Below are positions 1 to 6,651 of a stretch of 64,000 bases of DNA, one piece after another (position 1 is the stretch's first letter; each line of letters begins with the position of its first letter). The stretch lies in the IMG/VR virus record IMGVR_UViG_3300047546_001733, positions 8,157 through 72,156 of that record; one strand, 5' to 3'. This DNA comes from a virus. Both the position numbers and the translations under genes were made by a program. The notes below the pieces were generated by a model that worked only from the letters and a program-made list of their open reading frames with translations, did no database searches and was not told the DNA's origin.

Positions 1-136
1 GATTACACTTTATTATAACATTGATTTTTCAATTTTAGTATTAAAATTAGATAAGAAATCTGCATTTTTGCAAATATATAAGTGCTAGTAAATTGAACGA
101 GGGGGCAGGGGGACCCCCTACCCCCTACCGTAGCGA

Positions 137-412
137 TTACACAGCGCATCCGGTACAGAGTCGTTCTCCAAAACGTGCATATGCTTCAGGTGACAAGTCA
201 GTGAGTTCACCACAACGGACACACTCACCATACAGTACCATTGTCGCACGCAGTTTCTGGTACTCCTCGCTCGCTTTTTTCTCCGCTTCCGCAGAGATTA
301 ATGGAGCGTGTAATCCTACACCACTGCGATAAGCATTTGCATCAAACCCATGAGGATTGCGAAAAATCCGCCGAGTAATTGACCGATTCATTCGCCATGT
401 ACGTTTACCCAT
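137..412 (-). CDS. Small Zn-finger protein (CxxC...CxxC), cassette gene
   Basis: ATG at 412 preceded by AGGAAAGGA RBS and GTGGTATACT -10 (436-441); CVRC...CTGC. Confidence 0.75.
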   Translation of the reverse strand: MGKRTWRMNRSITRRIFRNPHGFDANAYRSGVGLHAPLISAEAEKKASEEYQKLRATMVLYGECVRCGELTDLSPEAYARFGERLCTGCAV

Positions 413-517
413 AACACATCCTTTCCTACATATGTAGTATACCACAGATTACCTCTTTTTTACATTAAAGTAACATGAGAGTTGTAGGGGGTAGGGGGTG
501 ACCCACGCATGAAGACA

Positions 518-706
518 CTACTGAGTAAAGTCTTCTGGGCTTGGCTCGTGCACACTAAGAAAAGAAAAAGCCTCGTCCATATCATCAAAAAATTCTTCTA
601 GTTCTAATCCACATGAAGCGCAACAATCCCACGCACTACCATCACCAAATGTAATACCGCAGTGCAAACAAGTAAAATTAACGCCCGGTATTTCTACAGT
701 GGTCAT
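518..706 (-). CDS. Small Zn-ribbon protein with acidic tail
   Basis: CLHC...CASC; GGGAGAG RBS; second gene of its cassette. Confidence 0.75.
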   Translation of the reverse strand: MTTVEIPGVNFTCLHCGITFGDGSAWDCCASCGLELEEFFDDMDEAFSFLSVHEPSPEDFTQ

Positions 707-716
707 ACTTCTCTCC

Positions 717-800
717 CTACTTCCACATCAAATAAATAAAAATGACAAATAACGGTTTAATCAGCAGTAGCAACACAATCGCAGTTGAAAGTAGTAGCAC
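717..800 (-). CDS. 27-aa membrane micropeptide (family A)
   Basis: GTG start, AGGAG RBS; MLLLSTAIVLLLLIKPLFVIFIYLMWK; paralog of 5253-5336 and 2670-2753. Confidence 0.8.
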   Translation of the reverse strand: MLLLSTAIVLLLLIKPLFVIFIYLMWK

Positions 801-965
801 AGTGACTCCTTTACTTGATTACAATTTATTATAACACAGGTTTACTGGGGATTATATGAGAAATAGATAAGAGGCAACTCGCAATAACGCAAATAACTAA
901 GTGCGGGGTTTTTGGTCGATAAGGGGGTAGGGGGTCCCCCTACCCCCTAGTGTAAAGACTTTACA

Positions 966-1157
966 CTAGGCTTGCCGGAGGAGCTTGTGAAGTTCGTGTT
1001 CACAGCGGTGGATAGCGTCGATAGTCGGACCCGTTTCCCCACAGCACGGACACAGGAAAGGAAGGAGAAGGTCAAGCTTGCGGATTTCACGCTTTAGGGC
1101 GATGATGAGTAGGCGACGCTTCAGTGCCTTTTGTTGCTTGACGGTCTTCTTGTGCAT
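966..1157 (-). CDS. Basic helical protein with CPCC motif (family B)
   Basis: ORF track; GAAGGGGG RBS; TTGACA/TACAAT promoter; paralog of 4287-4466. Confidence 0.8.
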   Translation of the reverse strand: MHKKTVKQQKALKRRLLIIALKREIRKLDLLLPFLCPCCGETGPTIDAIHRCEHELHKLLRQA

Positions 1158-1320
1158 AGTAAACCCCCTTCATCTAACTTGATAATTTATTGTATCACGA
1201 ACGGAGCAGTTTGTCAATAGGCAATTTATTGTTTACAGCCCACCTAAAAGGTGTAAAGTGTTTCGCGGGGGAGGGGGACCCCCTACCCCCTACTGTAAAG
1301 TGTTTACAGCAGGGTTGTGC

Positions 1321-1488
1321 CTACAGATTGGGGATATGCTTGATGTTGTCAACACAGCCCAACAACACGCCGATGATGAAGCGGAAAACCGCAAAGACAC
1401 CACGCACAGCCACAAAACACAGTTTTAACGTGAGCATGATAGGGAACATGAGAACGTCGGCTACGGCACGGGTTGCGTTACTCTGCAT
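1321..1488 (-). CDS. 55-aa hydrophobic protein (family C)
   Basis: MQSNATRAVADVLMFPIMLTLKLCF...; AGGAG RBS; paralog of 4911-5081. Confidence 0.8.
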   Translation of the reverse strand: MQSNATRAVADVLMFPIMLTLKLCFVAVRGVFAVFRFIIGVLLGCVDNIKHIPNL

Positions 1489-1652
1489 TTGAGCACTCCT
1501 TGATTAACTTGATTACATCCTATTTTAGCACGGTTATAAAGGAATTGCAATAGACTTTTATGAAAATTAGATGAGAGAAAATATTTAACACGGTGTAAAC
1601 AGTTTAGGGGGTAGGGGGTGCCCCACTGTAAACACTTTACAGTGGGAGTCGA

Positions 1653-1859
1653 TTACGGGTTGAAGCGGATGCGCTTGTAGCCCGTGATGGTGAAGCCCTT
1701 CGACAACAAATCCCGCAACAGGAATTGCCCACGAGCGTCTGCCTCTTCCCGAGTCTTGAATGCGGCAGTCGTGATGCTGGTGCGCTCGCCGTTGAAAACA
1801 AACGACACTTTCACACCAAACATACCTACACCGTGAACACGATTCGCATATACCATCAT
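1653..1859 (-). CDS. Hypothetical cassette protein
   Basis: ORF track; AAGGAGAG RBS; GTGGTATAAT -10 at 1891-1896. Confidence 0.8.
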   Translation of the reverse strand: MMVYANRVHGVGMFGVKVSFVFNGERTSITTAAFKTREEADARGQFLLRDLLSKGFTITGYKRIRFNP

Positions 1860-2004
1860 AAAAACTCTCCTTAACTTCTCTTACATACGTATTATACCAC
1901 GGATAAGGGAAAACTTTTATGAGAACTAGATGAGAAATAATGCTTTACACCGTGTAAACAATTTAGGGGGGAGGGGGGACCCCATACCCCCTAGTGTAAA
2001 GTGT

Positions 2005-2157
2005 TTACTCCATCTTGGTAGCACAGTCAGGACAGAACAAGTAGGTTGCCTCACCTTGATGCTCGGGGTCATCTGGCAACAAATCAACCGCTACTAACTC
2101 ATCAAGGTCGAAGAGTTTCTCACAGTAATGGCAAGGAGTCAAAGAATCAGCAGTCAT
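2005..2157 (-). CDS. 50-aa acidic Zn-finger protein
   Basis: MTADSLTPCHYCEKLF...FCPDCATKME; GAAGGA RBS; TTGACA-17-TACAAT promoter. Confidence 0.8.
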   Translation of the reverse strand: MTADSLTPCHYCEKLFDLDELVAVDLLPDDPEHQGEATYLFCPDCATKME

Positions 2158-2297
2158 TGGAAAATCCTTCTATCTAACTTGATAATTCATTGTATCATGA
2201 ATTGGTACTGTTGTCAAGGGGTTTTTATGAGAATTACCTGATATTTATCTGATAAATAATTATTTACAATCCACCTAAAAGGTGTAAAGTGTTTACA

Positions 2298-2492
2298 CTA
2301 GCGGAGTTTCATGCGGGAAGCGGACTCCATGCACAGCGCACAACCGCACAAAATTTTGCTGACCAGCTTATGACGGCGAGCCTTGCGTTGTAACGCCACA
2401 AACTCCTCCCGAGTCATTTGCTCAAAGCCGTGCATGGTCAAAAACACCTTAAAGATGGTGTCACGCACAAGACGCATTTTTAATTCTTCCAC
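2298..2492 (-). CDS. Small basic protein with CGCALC motif
   Basis: GTG start, AAGGAG RBS, TTGACA/TAAAAT promoter. Confidence 0.75.
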   Translation of the reverse strand: MEELKMRLVRDTIFKVFLTMHGFEQMTREEFVALQRKARRHKLVSKILCGCALCMESASRMKLR

Positions 2493-2669
2493 AAAAAACT
2501 CCTTACCACCAAAAATTCAATTACATCCTATTTTAGCACGTAATCGGTGACTTGTCAATAGACTTTTATGAGAATTAGATGAGAAAAAATATTTGACAAG
2601 GTGTAAACAATTTAGGGGGTAGGGGGACCCCCTACCCCCTACTGTAAAGACTTTACAGCGGGGTGAGGA

Positions 2670-2753
2670 TTAGTCACGCCATAGTAAGCAGATTACAAGC
2701 ACAGCAAGCGGTTTTGAGATGATTACTAAGACCAAAAGCAGTTCGAGGCTCAT
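2670..2753 (-). CDS. 27-aa membrane micropeptide (family A)
   Basis: MSLELLLVLVIISKPLAVLVICLLWRD; AAGGAG RBS. Confidence 0.75.
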   Translation of the reverse strand: MSLELLLVLVIISKPLAVLVICLLWRD

Positions 2754-2763
2754 TCGGAACTCC

Positions 2764-2994
2764 TTACAGCTCAACGAACTTGAATCCGCCCTCGTCAATC
2801 ATTACCGCTTGCGAGTGAGTTGTGCCCCCGTCGGTTTCGAACTTGATGTCGAACACGCTACAGGTGGGGTCAGCGTGAAAAGAACCCCGCAATTCGTATT
2901 CAAGGTCTTCACGAAAACCGCCCACGTCGTCAATCTCACCTTGCAGGATGAACTCGAACTTTCCCTCACGGGTCACGGTTGCCTTCATGTACAT
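2764..2994 (-). CDS. Acidic alpha/beta protein (family D)
   Basis: ORF track; aligns by eye with 3153-3401 (MxMxAxVTxxGKF...DxxFE). Confidence 0.8.
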   Translation of the reverse strand: MYMKATVTREGKFEFILQGEIDDVGGFREDLEYELRGSFHADPTCSVFDIKFETDGGTTHSQAVMIDEGGFKFVEL

Positions 2995-3152
2995 AATGCG
3001 CCCTTTCTCTCGGCTACACAGTAATTATACCACAGATTTTTCAATTTTAAAATGAGAATTACATGAGAAATAATTCTTTACAAGGTGTAAACAATTTAGG
3101 GGGTAGGGGGTCCCCCTACCCCCTAGTGTAAAGGGTTTACACTAGGAGACGG

Positions 3153-3401
3153 TTAGCGATGGAGAAACTCGACGTCGCCCCTACCTGCACCATGTACCAC
3201 CGCTTTAAACTCGCTGACAAACGTACCAGTGGCGTCGGTGAACTCGAAGCGGACATCGACCAGACCGACCTCGCCACCTGTGGCAAAGGAAATCTCGTCC
3301 GCCAACGTTTGGGAGAACTCGGCGACATCTCCCTTAAACTCCTCGCAACGAACTTCAACGACAAATTTCCCGCCCTTGGTGACTACCGCACGCATACGCA
3401 T
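3153..3401 (-). CDS. Acidic alpha/beta protein (family D)
   Basis: ORF track; AAGGAG RBS; paralog of 2764-2994. Confidence 0.8.
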   Translation of the reverse strand: MRMRAVVTKGGKFVVEVRCEEFKGDVAEFSQTLADEISFATGGEVGLVDVRFEFTDATGTFVSEFKAVVHGAGRGDVEFLHR

Positions 3402-3414
3402 AATCTGGACTCCT

Positions 3415-3666
3415 TTATTTGATGTTTGCTTTTACGGAAAACTTCATTGAATCCATAGTTACTGAGATGACATGGTTTACATTTTTAATCACCAAATCAG
3501 TGTCGTTCACGTCATAGGCTGGTAACGCCATACCACCCAAGTAAATCGGCTCGTCGGTCATACGCACTAAGAACAGCGTCGTATACGTAGTATTTTCTTT
3601 TGTTTCTAGCGTTACTCGCAAATCGTGAAAACTTGCCGAAAATGGAAATTGATACTGTACTCGCAT
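3415..3666 (-). CDS. Hypothetical cassette protein
   Basis: ORF track; AAAGGGAG RBS; -10 at 3695-3700. Confidence 0.75.
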   Translation of the reverse strand: MRVQYQFPFSASFHDLRVTLETKENTTYTTLFLVRMTDEPIYLGGMALPAYDVNDTDLVIKNVNHVISVTMDSMKFSVKANIK

Positions 3667-3835
3667 AACACTCCCTTTCTGTCGGTTACATCTTATTATA
3701 CCATGCTTTTTCGATTTTGAATATGAGAATTAGATAAGAGATAATTCTTTACACAGTGTAAAGAGTTTTGCGGGGCGGGGGCACCCCCTACCCCCTAGTG
3801 TAAAGGGTTTACACCAGAAGATGAAACTCCTTACA

Positions 3836-4147
3836 CTATTCGCACTCTGGTGTTGATTCCTCGATTGGCTCGAATTGCTCGATGGCTCTCATCATAGCAC
3901 GCACCTGCTTGCGAATGATGCGCTTTGCGTGTTTCATAGCCTTTGAATGGTCGTGAATGTCGAACGGACGAACACGCTCACCAGCAAAGAAAATTGAAGA
4001 ATCCTCCTCGATGATACCGTCCTTCTGGACGATGTCCACACGAACCATGACCTTCTTTTCTTCGGGAATCTCGATGGCGACAACAATCGCCTCTTTCCAG
4101 CCACCAGCGAAGACCACAACGTGAGCGACGTGTTGCTCTTTTGGCAT
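3836..4147 (-). CDS. Hypothetical cassette protein
   Basis: ORF track; AAGGAGG RBS; -10 at 4177-4182. Confidence 0.8.
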   Translation of the reverse strand: MPKEQHVAHVVVFAGGWKEAIVVAIEIPEEKKVMVRVDIVQKDGIIEEDSSIFFAGERVRPFDIHDHSKAMKHAKRIIRKQVRAMMRAIEQFEPIEESTPECE

Positions 4148-4286
4148 ACCAGCCTCCTTACTAACCTTACACTAGAATTATACCACACTTTAGATTAAAA
4201 TAGTATGAAAATTAGATGAGAAATAATTGTTTACACAGTGTAAAGCGTGGGGGTAGGGGGACCCCCTACCCCCTACTGTAAACCAT

Positions 4287-4466
4287 TTACAGTGAGAAGA
4301 AAAACTCACGACGCAGTTCCATCAAAAATTGATGCGCCTCGTCTGCTTCACAGCATGGGCAAGCCATCGAGAGCATAAACTCCGCCCGCTTAATTGCACG
4401 CTTTAACTGAATCAAGCGTAAACGCTTCCGCAGTGCGAGCATTTGCTTTTGTGACTTTTTCCGCAT
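4287..4466 (-). CDS. Basic helical protein with CPCC motif (family B)
   Basis: MRKKSQKQMLALRKRLRLIQLKRAIKRAEFMLSMACPCCE...; GGAGG RBS; below the ORF-track cutoff. Confidence 0.8.
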   Translation of the reverse strand: MRKKSQKQMLALRKRLRLIQLKRAIKRAEFMLSMACPCCEADEAHQFLMELRREFFFSL

Positions 4467-4495
4467 TTTAGCCTCCGTTAAATAATGGACACGTT

Positions 4496-4747
4496 TTACA
4501 CCTGCACAATGTGCGCTTTAGATGTAACCGTATCACGAACAGCCACGGAATGAACAGTACCGCCATGAGTAGACGTAACGAACACGTCCAAAGAATCCAC
4601 CAACGGGAACATCGAGAACAGGAAGGAAGCCTCATCACGGACTACTTCCATCAAGAAAACAAACTCGCCGAACGTGCACACATCTTGACCAAACTCGGCA
4701 AATGTCTTCTCACCACCAGCAAGGCGAACGGTCACAAAATCAGTCAT
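4496..4747 (-). CDS. Hypothetical protein (possible distant family D member)
   Basis: ATG at 4747 with GAGAAAGGG RBS; GGTVHSVA resembles GGTTHSQA of 2764-2994. Confidence 0.7.
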   Translation of the reverse strand: MTDFVTVRLAGGEKTFAEFGQDVCTFGEFVFLMEVVRDEASFLFSMFPLVDSLDVFVTSTHGGTVHSVAVRDTVTSKAHIVQV

Positions 4748-4910
4748 GGCAAGCCCTTTCTCTTGTCTTACAGGTAAATTATACCACAAATGAGCAACGT
4801 TGAACATGAGAATTAGATGAGAAACAATGTTTTACACGGTGTAAAGAATTTAGGGGGTAGGGGGTGCCCCACGCCCCCAGTGTAAAGACTTTACACTAGG
4901 GGTTTTGCGG

Positions 4911-5081
4911 TTACATCGACGGAATCACCTTGAGCAATTCCAAACAGCTCAACACGACACCGACCAAGAAACGCAAGAGCGCACCGACCAAACGGACACA
5001 CACGACCAAAACCTTACACACAAGCAAGAACGGAAACATGAGAACGGCGGCGACCATGCGAGTTGCGTCAGACTTGTACAT
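4911..5081 (-). CDS. 56-aa hydrophobic protein (family C)
   Basis: MYKSDATRMVAAVLMFPFLLVCK...; GAGGAG RBS; paralog of 1321-1488. Confidence 0.8.
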   Translation of the reverse strand: MYKSDATRMVAAVLMFPFLLVCKVLVVCVRLVGALLRFLVGVVLSCLELLKVIPSM

Positions 5082-5252
5082 GAAGTTATCTCTCCTCTTC
5101 TCGGTTACAGTTAATTATACCACGCTTTTTCGATTTTGAATATTAGAATTAGATGAGAGGTAATTATTTACACAGTGTAAAGAGTTCGGCGGGGCACCCC
5201 CTACCCCCTACTGTAAAGTGTTTACAGTAGATGAGCGTGAATTACGCCCGCC

Positions 5253-5336
5253 TTACTTCCACATCAAATACACAATAACAGCAATAATGGGCTTGATGAG
5301 CAACAGCAGAACAATGCCAAAGGTTAGACCGAGCAT
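5253..5336 (-). CDS. 27-aa membrane micropeptide (family A)
   Basis: MLGLTFGIVLLLLIKPIIAVIVYLMWK; GAGGT RBS; own promoter. Confidence 0.8.
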   Translation of the reverse strand: MLGLTFGIVLLLLIKPIIAVIVYLMWK

Positions 5337-5487
5337 ACGCACCTCTTCTATTCGGTTACAGTTAATTATACCACGGCTTTTGAATTTTGAATATTAGAGA
5401 AAGATGATAGGTATCTGTTGAGCAATTCTTTACACGGTGTAAAGCGTTTAGGGGGTAGGGGGTCCCCCTGCCCCAAGTGTAAATAAT

Positions 5488-5512
5488 AAAACCCGCCGAT
5501 TACTCGGCGAGT
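5488..5512 (-). terminator. Intrinsic terminator after RNA cassette A
   Basis: ACTCGCCGA-GTAA-TCGGCGGGT hairpin followed by TTTATTATTT; homologous hairpin at 6328-6353. Confidence 0.65.
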
Positions 5513-5522
5513 GTAAATAGTT

Positions 5523-5623
5523 TGGGTCCCTACTCTGGATTCGAACCAGCGTTCGCTCCGAGTGAGTATCTAGAATCAATCGGATTTACCGCACCCACGG
5601 AATTTATTAAGCGATGTTAGGGC
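5523..5623 (-). ncRNA. tRNA-like structured RNA, unit 2
   Basis: CTGG-TTCGAAT-CCAG T arm, imperfect acceptor stem, 3' CCA; inner TCGC/GCGA stem encloses the conserved domain. Confidence 0.8.
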
Positions 5624-5629
5624 AAGTGT

Positions 5630-5729
5630 TGGTAAGAGGTGGATTCGAACCACCATGACACTCTAATGAAGGGTCTAGAATCCATTAGATTTACCGCACC
5701 TACGGAATGGATTAAGTGTCGTTCAAACC
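5630..5729 (-). ncRNA. tRNA-like structured RNA, unit 1
   Basis: GGTGG-TTCGAAT-CCACC T arm; GGTTTGA/TCTTACC acceptor-like stem; inner GACAC/GTGTC stem. Confidence 0.8.
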
Positions 5730-5778
5730 GTAATTTAGGTTAGTTTTGGGAAAGACCATCACTCAACCTTATGTACTA

Positions 5779-5807
5779 AGTATACCACTGGCTAGATTTC
5801 TTGTCAA
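5779..5807 (-). promoter_or_regulatory. Consensus sigma70-type promoter for RNA cassette A
   Basis: TTGACA-17-(TG)nTATACT; no RBS or ORF downstream. Confidence 0.85.
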
Positions 5808-6028
5808 GGGGCAATTTGAATTTCAAAATGAGAATTAGATGAGAATTGTTTTTTTCGTATCTGCATCTTTGCGGGCAGATGTGGTAGGGGGTAGGGGGTG
5901 CCCCTACCTGTACTGTATTTATTTTGATGTAATTTTTGTTTTTAAATTGAAATTTCAATTTTATTTTTTTTTCTTTTATATTTAAAACAAAGTTTGCACT
6001 CAGATAAAAACTGAGAATAAAAGTATTG

Positions 6029-6165
6029 TGGTCTCTCTGAAGTTAACCCCCCTCAGAGACTCAGGGACCAAGTTAAGAGAGTGACTCTTCTGAGAGGGGT
6101 ATTTCACCCTCACGTCGGTACGAAGTAGTGAGTCCGTGGACTACTTACCGCTCTCTTAACTTGAT
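6029..6165 (-). ncRNA. Structured non-coding RNA cassette
   Basis: TTGACA-17-TACAAT promoter (6171-6199); a perfect 13-bp stem (6069-6081 / 6151-6163) encloses two hairpins; 3' hairpin ends GACCA; no ORF. Confidence 0.7.
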
Positions 6166-6363
6166 AATTCATTGTATCATGAATGAACAACCTTGTCAAG
6201 AGAGTTTTATGAGAATTAGATGAGTTTCTCTCATATGTTGGTGGGGCGGCGTGAGAATGACTCTATAACCGAGTGTAAAGAGTTTTAGGGGCGGGGGGAC
6301 CCCCTACCCCCACACCAGTGTAAATAATAAACCCGCCGGATTTACCGACGGGTGTAAATAGTT

Positions 6364-6469
6364 TGGTCTCTCCCAACAGGATTCGAACCTGCTTGCTGGT
6401 CTTACAGAGTATCTAGAATCCATAAGATTTACCGTACCCACGGATTTGGTTTAACCAGCATTAGGAGGA
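6364..6469 (-). ncRNA. tRNA-like structured RNA, unit 4
   Basis: GCAGG-TTCGAAT-CCTGT T arm, CTCCTA/TGGGAG stem, 3' ACCA; inner TGCTGG/CCAGCA stem. Confidence 0.8.
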
Positions 6470-6474
6470 TGGTC

Positions 6475-6573
6475 TGGTCTGAGGTGGAATCGAACCACCG
6501 TTCCGGTCTTGTCAGAGTCTAGAATCCACAAGAGGTACCGCACCTACGGTATGTTTTAACCGGAGTTCAGTCC
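6475..6573 (-). ncRNA. tRNA-like structured RNA, unit 3
   Basis: GGTGG-TTCGATT-CCACC T arm; GGACTGA/TCAGACC acceptor-like stem; inner TCCGG/CCGGA stem. Confidence 0.8.
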
Positions 6574-6622
6574 ACAAATTAGGCAGTTAGCGGGGAAACC
6601 GTTCACTTAACCTTATGTACTA

Positions 6623-6651
6623 AGTATACCACGGTTAATGTGCTGTGTCAA
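6623..6651 (-). promoter_or_regulatory. Consensus sigma70-type promoter for RNA cassette B
   Basis: TTGACA-17-(TG)nTATACT; same leader TAGTACATAAGGTT as cassette A. Confidence 0.85.

Noticed and set aside
93-5139. Plus-strand ORFs in the array (93, 1190, 2719, 3159, 3229, 4511, 4905, 4930)
   Set aside because: Antisense shadows of minus-strand genes that have RBS, promoters and paralogs.
5776-5958. 60-aa ORF
   Set aside because: Runs through the T tract, palindrome and promoter; no RBS.
5523-6573. Ordinary suppressor tRNAs implying TAG recoding of the genome
   Set aside because: The units lack normal cloverleaf geometry; long genes are intact in code 11 and several end at TAG.
5523-6573. 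Hammerhead, twister or pistol ribozyme
   Set aside because: Three-way junction present, but CUGANGA/GAAA and the twister/pistol consensus and pseudoknots were not found by eye.
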